Below are positions 1-11,338 of a DNA stretch of 64,000 nucleotides, one piece after another. The position numbers were made by a program, and so were the translations under genes. Each line of letters opens with the position of its first letter. Position 1 is the first letter of the stretch. The notes below the pieces were generated by a model that saw nothing but the letters and a program-made list of their open reading frames with translations, searched no databases and was not told where the DNA came from. The stretch spans positions 1 to 64,000 of the forward strand of contig JAHDYR010000046.1 in assembly GCA_019828565.1 (NCBI GenBank). Direction: 5' to 3'. The DNA is from Carpediemonas membranifera BICM (Eukaryota; Protista; Fornicata).

Positions 1-1141
1 AACAACAGGATATGGTAGTCGTTCTAGTACCAGACAAGGGGCCAACGCCGTGAGCTGGCGCCCTGAAGTAACACATCTCCCGAGGTCGAGCTCTAGAACG
101 GCTTCTTCAGTGACGTTCACAATTTGTCCACTGCCGAACTGTACCTTGCGGGAGAAATGCGTCGCGTAAGAATTGGTTTGAGCTGCTTCAAAGCTCGCGA
201 CTGATAAAGTTGGCTGTTGCACCGGTGTCGAAAGCGCGCGGACACCTTGGACCCCTGGGATTGATACCTCGAAAACGGCCTGAGGCACCGGTTCTCCCGA
301 ATCCGAAGGGTTGATGGTTAACAGCTCAAAATAGGTGGCCCGTTTATTACGGGACTTAACCTTGTCCTTCTTGGCGAAGCAGCGGTCAGCAGTGTGACCG
401 CTCTTGCCACAGAACGAGCAGGTGACGACATCGGAGCGGGCCTGGCCTTGCTGGGCCGCTCGGCGGCACGCAAGCGGTCACCCTCGCGAGTGACTTGCTC
501 CACGTGACGGGCTTGTTCGATGGCAGCCCTGAAGGTGACGTCGAGGTTGCGGCGGTCCTGGTACGTGGTCACGCGGTCGCGCAAGCGCTCGGGCTGGATA
601 TTCTGCACGAAGCAGCGCACGAGTTGCTTGTTTGAGGGGCGCACTTCGCCACAGTTTTCAAGCTGGGTCTGGTAAGCGTGCACGTACCGGAGGACGTTGT
701 CATGGAGGAGCCTCTGGACTGGCAAGTGATACGCTCGAAGCGATCCAGGGCTTCACGACGATCTAGCGGCTGGAACATGGCGTTAATCCTCTTGAGGATG
801 TGAGAGGACTCTTGGTCGTCGGGGAATAGCGGCTGTTCAGCCACTTCGGGTTCCTGATCATCGTCGTCATCGTCGTCATCATCGTCTTCGTAGTCCTCGT
901 CGTCGTCGTCAGCGTCCGCTGGGGCCTCGAGGGCTGGAAGATTGGCCGGTGCGGCCTCGAGGGTAGGATCCCGTAGGACGAAGATCTGCCACACGGTACG
1001 AGCGATCAAGTGCTTGATGGCGATCGTTCCACCCTTGGCGCGATAGGCATAGTAGGCCTCGCGGAATTCCTCCCACTCGCGTTGGGTGGTTTTGGTGAGG
1101 AATGGGGCAAGGAAAAGGTCAATTGATTGAAGCTGGTTCAT
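1..1141 (-). CDS. gag: Gag-protease polyprotein, frameshifted, partial
   Basis: ORFs 569-1213 and 318-725 join into a gag matching the family-2 gag (FDRITC..YQTQLENC..LVRCFVQNI..RLRDR vs FDSITF..YQRTLENC..LVAKFLKGI..RLRER); DTGA motif downstream. Confidence 0.8.
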
Positions 1142-1156
1142 GCTAGCAGTAATTAC

Positions 1157-1371
1157 TGTGGAACCAAAAAGGCTGGGAGAAGTGATTTTAATTCGACACT
1201 TGGGTGTCGTCACGACTAAGCTTGACTAAAACACAATTATATAAATAGGGCGCGTATAGCGCCACACTAGGTTGCGGTTGGATCAACATTAGTTCAGCAG
1301 TGATCACTGTGCTGGGACGTTGAACGATTTACTTAAACTGCGGGGAAGAAGAGGGAGTGGACCGCGTCACA
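1157..1371 (-). repeat. 5' LTR of gypsy family 1 (~215 bp)
   Basis: TG...CA ends; left end abuts the leader palindrome and gag ATG, right end abuts DIRS RT sequence; partner LTR is outside the window. Confidence 0.7.
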
Positions 1372-1409
1372 CTGTGATGGGTCGGCGAACAACAGGTCGT
1401 CTAGGTAGA
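1372..1409 (-). pseudogene. 38-bp remnant of YR element A RT (VYLDDLLFADP) between two gypsy insertions
   Basis: Minus-strand translation continues the RT that breaks off at ...LTVFVY (5915). Confidence 0.85.
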
Positions 1410-1513
1410 TGTGGTGGGCACAGAACAACAACAATCAATGCGAAGTGTTTAAATAGGGTCGAACCCTAGTGGTAAATATGGCCTAAATATATACGGGTCA
1501 GGTGACCACTACA
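1410..1513 (-). repeat. 3' LTR (104 bp)
   Basis: Identical to 5811-5914; preceded on the minus strand by a short purine run GGGGGCAG. Confidence 0.95.
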
Positions 1514-1936
1514 CTGCCCCCATGACTTCCACCATAACATTGTGGATTGTCATCAAATTGAAAGATATCGATCAAATATAAAAGATCTTGTCGTCCCCAG
1601 ACCTAATCTAAATTCCTTTTGCGATCTTCGGAAATTTGGTCCTTTTTGTCAGATTTGGCACAAAATGAGTCATTGCGTCTAAGTTGCCAGTGACGACGGA
1701 TTGGTACGTAACTATGATCTTCTTCACGCTCTATACTTCATTCTTCTCCATTTCTGTCTCTTTCGCGCTTCTGTCTCGCTTCTTCAGTTTCATCGCTTCT
1801 CATTAGTTCGTTTCGGCGAGTTCACGCTCTCTCTCTCTCTCTTAGGTGATCATTTGCGTTCATTATCCTCGTGATTGCAATCACTTTTCCTCTTCTTCTC
1901 TTCTTTCTTCATCAAACAACATCAACAGCACACGTC

Positions 1937-4900
1937 TCAGGGGGATTTACCGGCGTGGCGTCCCTTCCTGAGCGATGGAAGCTTCAATCTCGGATGCTCA
2001 TTAATGTATGCGTCCAGGGCAGCTAATCCATCGATTTCGCGGCTGTAATCGGTCCATGTGCCTTCGTCGTCATCGTAGCCCTCCCACAAGAGGAGGAACT
2101 GAAGGTTGCCCGCTTGTCGGCGATGGTCAGCAACCTTCCTAACCACGTACTCTCCTTCGTTGCGGGCTGCCCAGTGTTTGAGCTCAGCGTCAGTGTAGCT
2201 GCCCTCGAACTGGTAAAGCTCAGAGGCATGTACTGTCAGGCGGTGGTCAGTGGTGAGGTCTTGAACGACGTAGGTGTTGGGGCGGTCGGGATTGGTGGAG
2301 ATGACCCGGACCGGGCCCCCGGGGTACGATGCCTATGGCAGTTTTGCGCTGGATCATGGCGGCGGATCCAAGGAGATGACTCGCTGGATGACTCTGCGCT
2401 GGAGTTTGGCCACCGACAGCGCGTTGTCTGCTCTGTAAACAGCGTAGGGTGGTACGGAAGTGGTCGACGGTGAGGGAAGGTTGTCTAGTCGGTTCGTGGA
2501 CGTCCCTGGCGTATAGGACTTCGTACGGCGACAGGTTGGAGGCGGTTAGAGGTGCGTTGTTGATTATATTCGTGATTCGTGGTAAGGCGTCCTCCCAGTC
2601 GTCGTCATGTTCGAGAATCCAGGCGCGTAGGTGTCTCTTCACCTCTTTGTTCGCTCTTTCAACAGCACCCTGTCCCGCAGGATGATAAGGCGTACCGATC
2701 TCGTGTCTTATACCGTGGTCTTGGCAAAATTCTCTGATGGTTCTGTTATGGTACTGTGAGCCACCATCGGTAATCAAACATGTCGGGGAGCCATAGTGTT
2801 TCATCCATGTCGATAAAGCCGAACGTGCAGATACAGCGTCCGTGCTCTTCGTGGGGTAGGCTTGGGTGAGTCTAGTAAACGTGTCGATAATCACAACCGC
2901 GTAGCGGTGTTGCCCGGGCAGTGAGAGGGGACCAATGGTGTCGGCCTCCACTACTTCGAAGGGTCGGCTGCCGGTCATGGGATGGGTCGCTTGGGGAAAC
3001 GGTGAAAGCTTGAGGCGTGACAACTGGCAAACAGGGCACTGTCTTATCCAGGCAGTAACGTCCCGGCGCATGCCAGGCCAGCCCTTGTCGGCGGCTATGA
3101 TGCGTTTGCAGGTGGCATCACGGCCAAGGTGACCAGCATCTCCGCCATGTGCTTCTTGGAAGGATTCCCGATGCGCCTCGGGTGGAGGGGAAGGTTCGAC
3201 GGAGGTCTCGTCCAGGTGAACGAGGCGGGACAGGGTGTCCGCTACAGAGTTGTCGGAACCTGGAACGTGTACGATGTCGAATGAGTACTCAGACAGCGCG
3301 AGGCTCCATCTAATCACCTTGGAATTCAAGGAACGGTCCATGTAGACCAAGTTACGGTGATCTAGATGAGCTGTGAAGTCTCGTCCAGCGAGATAGCGTC
3401 TGAACTTGGTAGTACCGAAGTACAGAGCGTAGCACTCTTTCTCTATCGTAGACCAACGGCGCTGTTGGGGCGTGAGCGTCTTGGCGAAGAACGCGATGGG
3501 CTTAAACTCCGCGTTCATCAGCACGCCACCAATGCCGTAGTCTGATGCGTCCGTAAAAATGTGGAGATGTTCGTCGGGACAGGGGTGGACCAGCGTGCGC
3601 TGCAGTAGAAGCTCTCGCTTAATCTGCTCAAACGCGTCATGTTGTCGGTCGCCCCAAACGAACTTTTCGGCGGCTCGGGTGAGCTCGGTGATGGGTTCAG
3701 TCATATCGACGTAACGCTCAATGAGTGCTCGAAAGTAGTTCGCGAACCCGAGCAAGGCTCGGGCGTCCGTCAGACTAGTCGGCTCCTTGAGATCATGGAT
3801 GGCCTCCAGACGGTCGGGGGAGATCCGCTTACCGTCCTTGTCTACTCGCCAGCCCAAATAGTCGATGGAAGTCGCTCCAATGACCGTCTTGGAAGGATTA
3901 AGCTTCAGACCGGCCGCGTGGATGCGAGCTAACACGTCCTCCAGATTCTTCAGGAACTCGTCACGGTTCGCTCCAAAGACGACAATGTCATCTATGTAAG
4001 CGAGACACTGAGTATAAAGGGATTGACCCAGAATGTGTTCCATGGCTTTCTGGCAGTGGATGGGAGCATTACGAAGCCCAAAGGGCATCCGCTTATACTG
4101 GTATTTCTTCCCACCAGCCACAAAAAGCGGTATACTTGCGCGAGTCCTGGTTGATTATGATCTGGTGGAACGCTTTGGATAGGTCCAGCGTGGCGTAAAA
4201 CTGTTGGCCTTGTAGGTGATCAATCAAGTCGTCGATGAGGGGTAGGGGATGCTCCTCGGCCTGGGTGATAAGGTTCAGCCGTCTAAAGTCGAGGCAGAGG
4301 CGAAGCTTGTTGCCTCTCTTCTTTGCCATGACGATGGGGTTATTGAAGGCTGAGTCCGAAGGCTCGATGACGTCCAGAGCAAGCAGCTCCTTAACCTGGC
4401 GATTAACCTCATCTTCCACCTGCTTGCCGTGACGATATGGGAAGCAGTTGATGACCTGGTCATTCTTGGTCTTCAGGGAGAATGCTGGGAGCTTGGACGG
4501 GCTGGAAATGTCCCCGAATAGGCCTTGGAACTTTTCAACAATCCTTTGGCTGGCTTCTGCAAACTGCACATATTCTGGGGCTGTTCTCTCGACCTCGTTT
4601 TCGAACATCTCGTCGTCGTCGTTCTGGTTTGACGGAGTCGGGTCAGGCGAGGGTATCTCGATCAGTCCCGCGCTGCGCAGGAGTGGGAACCCGATGATCG
4701 CATCGTAATGGTCGAGTGAGATGAGGATAAACTTTGTGCGTACAGAGAGGGGTCTACCTGTCACAGAAGGGTACAGGACAGTATCGTAGGCCACGTGGGA
4801 GGTGTTGATTAGTTGGCCTGACATGAGGCGAACCCTGTGGCACTCAGGAATGGGGGTGAGGCCCAGGGACTTCGCTTTCGCCTCATGGAGGAAGTTGGCG

Positions 4901-5793
4901 GTGGCACCTGTGTCGTAGAGGGCGCGCACGGAGGATCCGTGCAGTCTGACTTTGAAGACTGGGCGGTGTTCTGCTTGATCGTCTTCGGGCGTTTCGGCTG
5001 ACATTGCGTCTAAGTACTCTTCAACCGTAGCAGCGAGGAAATCGTGCGCGTAGGACCTATCATTTACGTCCTTCTTCCGCGACTTGTGGGATTCCTTCTC
5101 GGCTTGCTGCATCTTCTTGGCTTGGGAGAGAGCGGCGCGCATGGTGTTGGCGATGGAGGACTTATCCTCAAAGGTCTTACAGCGTTCACGTAAGCGATCA
5201 TTGCGGATGCCCTTCAGGAATTTGGCTACGAGGCTCGACTGCTTCGGGGGTACAGAGGCGCAGTTTTCGAGTGTCCGCTGGTAGATTAACGTGTAGTAGA
5301 GCATGGACTCATAAACGTTCTTGCTGGCGGTGTCAAAGGTAATCGAGTCAAATCGGTCGAGCGCGTCCTGACGGTCGAGGGGTCCGAAGATGTCGTTCAC
5401 CATTGAGATAAATCTTTTGTTGAAGTCGTGAGGGGTCTCGGGTGTGTGAACGGGTAGATGCTCGGACTCGTCGGAGACCGAACTATCAGTGTCAGACTCG
5501 GTGTCGTCATCAGTGTCAGACTCAGGGGGCGCGAGGAACAGAAGGGGGTCCCTAGGCGCAGCGCGGGGTTGCTGTGTGACCTCACGGGCACGAGTAATAA
5601 GGTCTTCGAGGTCCGGGCATTCGAGGAACATGATCTTCAAAACCGTCGCTGCGACGTAATCGAAGATCAGAGGCTTGGAAGCGGCGTTTCGTGCGTAATG
5701 GGCAATGAAGGCTTCCCGGAATGAATACCATGCCTTAGGCTTCGTACTAGTGAGATAGGGTGCCAGGAAAGTTGATAGTTGTTCTACGTTCAT
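1937..5793 (-). CDS. pol: Gag-Pol (gag, aspartic protease, RT, RNase H, integrase, chromodomain), with frameshifts near 4120 and 2250-2470
   Basis: LYDTGA; LRLCLDFRRLN; LDLSKAFHQ; MPFGLRNAP; YIDD; TDAS; HHCC (H..GH..C..C); DTIG/TDGG/VERAN; chromodomain VADHR..QFLLLWEGY..TW at 1937-2146. Confidence 0.93.
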
Positions 5794-5810
5794 CTAGATA
5801 GTAATATTAC

Positions 5811-5914
5811 TGTGGTGGGCACAGAACAACAACAATCAATGCGAAGTGTTTAAATAGGGTCGAACCCTAGTGGTAAATATGGCCTAAATATATACGGGTC
5901 AGGTGACCACTACA
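5811..5914 (-). repeat. 5' LTR (104 bp)
   Basis: Identical to 1410-1513. Confidence 0.95.
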
Positions 5915-6583
5915 GTAGACGAACACTGTGAGAGAGAGCTCTCGGCGGATGATCTTCGCCGCCTGCGCCGTGATCGATTGAAATGCTTCCGGGGCCGTGT
6001 TGAGGCCGAAAGGAAGCGCGTTCCAGCGGTACGTGTTCCCTTCGTGCTGGAAGCCTAGCCATTTCCGGCCCGTCTGTTCGACCAGGACTTGGTAATATCC
6101 GCTCTTCAGGTCCACGCTGGCGAGCCACGCCCCCTTGGCCAGTGCATTCGCTATCTCGGTCAATCACTTCAGTCGGAATCGCCTGGTTGTCTGGTACCAG
6201 TTCACCGGTCTCAGGTCGTGGATGAGGCGCCAGTCTATGTGGTTCTTCTTCAGCGTCATGAAGATTGGGCAGACTTGCGCTACCTCTGTCGGTGCACACT
6301 GCTCCACTGCTTGCAGCTCCATTAGCTCGTTGATTGTGTCTGTGATCGGGCCCTGTAACCCGTTGGGCGACGAGTTCGTCGTCTGCCCGTCCTGTACTGG
6401 GACTCCCTGCCGGAGTAAGTCCACGACACTCGTGCTGGCCCCCATGGCCTCCCACTCTTTCCACGCTCGACTCATTGAGCCAACCACGTGTGTCCGTTGA
6501 CCTGGACCAGAGACGGGCTGAGCGTCGGACAATAGGTGCCGCGTGTCCTGGCTTGTTTCGCTTCTTGCTTGCTCTTGTGACAT
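5915..6583 (-). CDS. pol: DIRS-type reverse transcriptase, N-half (frameshifted, interrupted)
   Basis: ORFs 6164-6583 and 5867-6163. Confidence 0.85.
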
Positions 6584-6651
6584 TCTTCTCTGTATTCAAA
6601 ACGTAGACGGTGCCTTTTATATCTGAGGATGGCATAACCTCACTTGGGCAA

Positions 6652-7165
6652 CTACTGCTGCCCCGGGGCCGCATTGCGGTTGCCCGAGGCTTTCTGGAAT
6701 CTGTGGTTGATGTATCCGTGGTTTCGGAAGGGACGCTTGGCGATCCGGTGTGATGTGTGAGCCCGCGTGGCAGGGATGGCCTTCTTGGCCTTGGCGGCGA
6801 CCTTGACGAGGTCCTTGACGTTGGATATGTCCTCGGCGGTGACGATAAAGTAGGCGGCCGCTTCTTCGTTGGCAGAGTCGAGGACTCGGAGGAACTCGAG
6901 GCGCTTTTCGACGGCAAGATTAATGGCTGTGGTCAGCAATCGTCTCCTTGCTGGGGTCAGCCAGGATTGACTTGATTTCTCCGTGTAGGGCGCGCAGGTG
7001 TTGGAATTCTTTAAGCACTGCTGGGATTTTGGTGGGCTTGCGTACATCCTCAGCATTCGTGCGGACATCGTCAAGATTCTCGCTCAGTGATGCTATTGTG
7101 GCAGCCTGTGACCGCACCAGGGCCTCCAGGCTCTCCAGTGTCACGGGGGGCTGTGCGTCGCCCAT
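6652..7165 (-). CDS. gag: Gag-like ORF1 of YR element A (frameshifted)
   Basis: LESLEALVRSQ..KEFQHLR..KRLEFLRVLDS aligns with element C MESLAELIQQQ..KEYDHLR..RRLEFLRLYDS. Confidence 0.75.
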
Positions 7166-7494
7166 CTTCTCGGAACTACCGGGGAATGGGGTTTTAACCC
7201 CTTGGTAAAATTGGTCTGAACTGGACCGCAGATTTGATTCGAATATTTGGTCAATATTCGATCTCTCTCGAATATTTGCACCAGATGGCCGGTAGTCCAT
7301 CTGGGCCTGTACCACGCCCCGAGGCGTACTTACGCATCGCGTCTATGACGGTATGCGTCTGACTAGGCAGACACTCACATTCACTTATGAATTCTCCTGG
7401 GGCTTCCCGCCCGCACGCCTACACCATCCCGATGGTGACCATTCAATCTTTATGGACCACTCGTACCCGTACGAGTAAAGGAAGGAGACGACTG

Positions 7495-8500
7495 CTATTC
7501 GAGGTGCGCGAACCATTCGCATCTCGTCACAGCTGTCTCCTGGTCGAGCCGCACCGCTTCGGCGATGTAGCTCTGGAGGGAACTCTCGGACTTCCAAGTA
7601 CCGAGGGCCATGACCACTGGAGTGGGCATCCCGCGAAGTACAGTGTCCGCTGCGGCCCCGCGACGGAAGCTATGGGATCCAACTGGGTCTCCAAAGACCT
7701 GCTTCAGCTTGTCTTGGAGCATAGCGGGGGGCAACGGCCCTCGGTCCAGCCTCGACCCATCGAGGTTGGGGGACTTCCAGATGGTGGCGTCTCTGTCCTG
7801 GCACCAGCGCTGCAGGTGAGCCATGAGCATCCCTGCCGGATTGAGCGCGCCTTCGACCCACGGGATGAACTTCTTAACTGCGCGAAGCCCTGTCTTGGTG
7901 GAGTCGATGGTGATAGAGACGCCGAGTCCTGCTTTCACCCTGATATCCCGAGGAGTGAGGGGTAGGATCTCACTGCGCCTCGATATTGTTGCGTAGGCAA
8001 CGACGCCGAATAAGAAGGCTTGGTGGAACTCCTCGTCGCGGCCGGCGAGTTTGGGGGATCAGGCGGTGGATGCGTGCAGCCCGCACTGGGACCTTGCGTT
8101 GCGGCCTGGGGACTGTAGCGCGCTTCGCTTCGGTGATGAATGCCTTTTGAGCAGCTGGGGGTGCCCACGTTGATACCAGGGGTGCAAACCTTACCACCAG
8201 CGAGCCCCGGTGCGCCAGACGGTCTGGGCCTACTAGCTCAGCCTCGCGAGCGAGCCACGCCAGGAATGTGTCGCGGTCCGATGCCGGGTTGGCCTCTCGG
8301 AAGGTCAGGAACTGGGAGACGACACCCGCCGTGTCACGCCTGGTCGTTGCCACGTAGCCTTTGAGCTCGTCTAGACCTAGTACTGCATTGAAAGCGGCGT
8401 CGTCGGCACGAAGACGGCGAGGAGCCGCGGCTTTTCCCCCACGAGGATGTTCTGGAGCTCTGAGTCCTTCATGTCCTCCGCGTAGACCCTGAACGTTCTC
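7495..8500 (-). CDS. Tyrosine recombinase of element B (frameshifted, overlaps pol 3' end; start approximate)
   Basis: HSFRRGAA, LGTWKS, LQSY in ORF 7495-7938; N-terminal helical part in the end of ORF 7970-9883. Confidence 0.85.
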
Positions 8501-9808
8501 TTGAAGGGGGAGAGGCCCTTGATGCGGCGTACCGCCTCGGACTGGACGTCGGGCATCACCACGACCACTGCAGACTTGGTATGCCTCGGATGTGAGGCTG
8601 GTGAGGCGCGAATGAGGGCCAGTCGGTTGGCTACGGCTGGAAGAAGGGCGTATGGTGGTGCTGCGAAGACTCTCTTGCTGCGCCACTCCGAGCTCATGCC
8701 GCTCTCGGCCAGCGTGAGCGAACGCTCGACGAAGCCGGGAAGTAGTAACTCCTTGTCCCTCCCACCAGTCACGTCGACCTCGAGAGGGCCCCACTCCTCC
8801 AGTATGGCAGCGAGGATCCCTCGTGGTGTCCGCCATTCCAGTCGCTGGTATCTCGACAGAGCATCTGCGGAGACATTGAGGTGCCCGCTGACGTGCTGGG
8901 CTCTCAGTGTGATCTGGCAGGCGGCCAAGCGGGAAAAGAGGGTGAGACAAGCGTCCTGGATCATCGGCGGGGCTCGCGTTGATCCCTGCTTGTTCAACCA
9001 GGCGCAGGCGTTGCTGTTGTCGATGAATACGGTGATCTCCCCTGTCCGTTAGATGTGGAAGGAGCGTCTCCACGGCGTTCGTCGCCGCAAAGAACTCTTT
9101 CACCGCAATGGACTCGTTCTGGAGCGGGCTGTTGGGGGAAACGGAGGAGGATACGATCGTCTGCTTGCAGCCGTCCCTGATAATGGCAGCTAAGCCCTTT
9201 TCTGAGGCGTCCGACTGGATGTGGATGTCGATTGCCGGGTTTGCGCCCCACATGCTGATCAGGGAGTCGAAGGAGCGGGGAGGATGATCTTCGCTGCTCA
9301 GCAGTTGCTTCCAGTACGATAGGGCCTTGAGGACGGCTTTCGTAAAGCCTTTCTCCGTCTCGGTGGCTGTCTGAAGAGGTCTCAGCCATGCGCGGCCGTC
9401 GGGGAAGCACAGAGATGCGAAGGATAGCTTCCCGATGAGGGATTGCCACCTCTTGTTGCTCATATTGCCTTCTATCAGCGCACTCTCGACCAATTGGCTG
9501 TATCTGCTGCGCTTCTTCGAGTCTAGGGAAATGACCCGAGCAGCTGAGTCGATGCGCATGCCGAGGTATGTCAGGACTGTGGTGGGCTCTAGGACTGACA
9601 TGTCGTGGTTGATGATAAAGCCTAGCTGATTCATGATGTCCAGGAGGCGCTGGCGCTCGCGCAGAAGGGCCTTCTTCTTCCCGAAGAATAGAAGGTCGTC
9701 CAGATAGACGGCAACTCCTACACCGCGGCAATGGCGCTTGATAATCTTCGCTACGGTAATCATGATCTTCTGGAAGTAGAATGGCGCCGCGGACCATCCG
9801 AATGGGAG
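8377..9808 (-). CDS. pol: RT-RNase H-methyltransferase-like Pol of element B (5' truncated)
   Basis: ORFs 7970-9883 and 8377-8997; DIRS MT-like motif W..KRVFAAPPY. Confidence 0.85.
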
Positions 9809-9821
9809 TAACCAGCTCCGC

Positions 9822-11018
9822 ATGGTACGCGTCAGGAAGGGCCTAGGGGCAGCAAGGGAGGAGGACATCATAACCATGGCCATGCTATACGAGTGGTGGC
9901 CCTCGAAGGAGGCTACGGCTCATCAAGGAGTCTGGGGCTGCGACGACCTAGCAGAGAGCCTCAGGGACTATGAGAAGGTCATAGTCAACGTCAAGGCTCC
10001 CAGGAACAGGGGTAGGATCACCCTAGGGGCGAGCTTCATCCCGAGAGACTGGGGCATGGTCAGGATCAGCGAGGCTGGGACCATCCTAAGCCGCATGCGC
10101 AAGGAAGGGGCCAGACTAGTCTCGGCAGCTATCCCGGACGAGCCCAGAGCCAACACAGTCAATGTCCCAGGCATCACGTATGTCCCCACCATCGACGGAA
10201 AGTCCGAACAGCCATACCAAAGTAGGTTCTTCGACAACGGCCTGGAGGAAAAGGCGAGGCGGATTAGCACCAGGATGGTGGGCAGGCACTTCGGCCAGGA
10301 CGCGGATCAAGGACATCACGACCAGCATGGAGACAGGGAAGAGGACAGAAGGGTAGGACACGGAGCCGGCGGTAGAGCTGGTGTCAGAGCTGACGACAGA
10401 ACCGGCGACAGAGCTGGTAACATGAACAGGACCTCGGATCGTAACCACGGAGGAGACGACAGGGAGAGACAGGACAACACGGGAACGCAGATGAGAGGCT
10501 CGTTCAGCGGGAACACCTGGGCCGGTAGAGGCTCAGAGGGAGGCATGGACAACAGCAAGGATCACTCTTCCTCCACGACGCTCAAGCGCAAGGAGGGCAG
10601 CACGAGTAGGATCATGGACTCGGACAGCGGAAAGAGAAGCAGGCACGAAGAGGACATGGACTGGGAGTCTGGAAGCAGACAGGCAACCGGCATGGACTCG
10701 GAGAAGCTGCGGCTCCGAAAGCAGTTGGCAGAGGCGCAACAAGAGATCTCAGCGCTCAAGGCTGCCCGACTCATGCAAGAGCAAGGCCACGGAAGGTTGG
10801 TGCTCTCCGGCGTCGCGACTAAGCCCAGCAAGGAGAAGCCCACGATCCCCCGGCACAAGCACAAGAAGGCTAAGAAGGCCAAGCAGATCTCACCCATGGA
10901 CCTGATGACCCAGTTCATCACGGTAATGCAGAGTCTACAAGGACAGCAAGTGAGTCAGGCCGAGGACAGCTGCAGCGGCAGTGGGGGAGTCCACGGAGGA
11001 GGAGTAAGGACATGGTAA
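9822..11018 (+). CDS. LINE ORF1 protein (possibly 5' truncated)
   Basis: 398-aa ORF upstream of ORF2, with a coiled-coil and basic C-terminus; identity inferred from position. Confidence 0.6.
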   Translation: MVRVRKGLGAAREEDIITMAMLYEWWPSKEATAHQGVWGCDDLAESLRDYEKVIVNVKAPRNRGRITLGASFIPRDWGMVRISEAGTILSRMRKEGARLVSAAIPDEPRANTVNVPGITYVPTIDGKSEQPYQSRFFDNGLEEKARRISTRMVGRHFGQDADQGHHDQHGDREEDRRVGHGAGGRAGVRADDRTGDRAGNMNRTSDRNHGGDDRERQDNTGTQMRGSFSGNTWAGRGSEGGMDNSKDHSSSTTLKRKEGSTSRIMDSDSGKRSRHEEDMDWESGSRQATGMDSEKLRLRKQLAEAQQEISALKAARLMQEQGHGRLVLSGVATKPSKEKPTIPRHKHKKAKKAKQISPMDLMTQFITVMQSLQGQQVSQAEDSCSGSGGVHGGGVRTW

Positions 11019-11338
11019 AGCAGTATTCTTTCAAGGAACAAGCAACATTTTCTTTATAATTCACAAGCCCTGGCTCCCACCCAGGGCCCGGCATTAGCTG
11101 AAATGCACTGCCGGTAGGCTGTAGCGGCAGCCAAAGGGGGGTCACGTCATATCGTCCCCCTCCTAAGTACCCTGCCCGAAGAATGGAAGGTCACCAGGTG
11201 GTAACAAGGTTGGCCTGACAAGGGTCACCGAGACCGGCATCTAGGCCCCTTGTTAGGACAAGGATAGCAGGAGAGGAGCGGGAAGCTGGGGCTCCCAAAT
11301 TCTGGGAATTCGCAGGATAAGGAAACAGGACAAAGGCA

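Larger units (their letters stand above)
1..1371 (-). mobile_element. Ty3/gypsy element, family 1, 5' part (5' LTR, gag, protease); runs off window start
   Basis: TGTGG...TCACA LTR at 1157-1371; gag N-terminus (MNQLQSIDLFLAPFLTKT) homologous to the complete element's gag (MNVEQLSTFLAPYLTST); protease motif RAL(F)DTGATANFI at ~205-240 across a 1-nt frameshift. Confidence 0.85.
1410..5914 (-). mobile_element. Complete Ty3/gypsy chromodomain retrotransposon, family 2
   Basis: Identical 104-bp LTRs (1410-1513, 5811-5914); TSD GTAGA at 1405-1409 and 5915-5919; domain order gag-PR-RT-RH-IN-chromo. Confidence 0.96.
5915..7356 (-). mobile_element. YR (DIRS/PAT-type) retrotransposon A, 5' part (gag, RT N-half), interrupted by gypsy elements
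   Basis: RT motifs RLIHDLRPVN, VDLKSGYYQ, LPFGLNTAP, VY|LDD; gag homologous to element C gag. Confidence 0.88.
7357..9808 (-). mobile_element. YR retrotransposon B, 3' part (RT C-half, RNase H, MT-like domain, YR, terminal repeat)
   Basis: LPFGWSAAP, YLDD, SDAS..KE, HVSGHLNVSADALSR, WGPLEVDV..APPY; YR HSFRRG..GTW..Y. Confidence 0.9.

Noticed and set aside
1730-1925. CT-rich tract and (CT)n run
   Set aside because: Low-complexity 3' UTR of the gypsy element, not a separate feature
4093-4130. Programmed ribosomal frameshifts (also near 20327, 21315, 36045)
   Set aside because: They fall in homopolymers inside conserved domains, and CRE copy 2 is open at the equivalent sites; more likely sequencing error or decay
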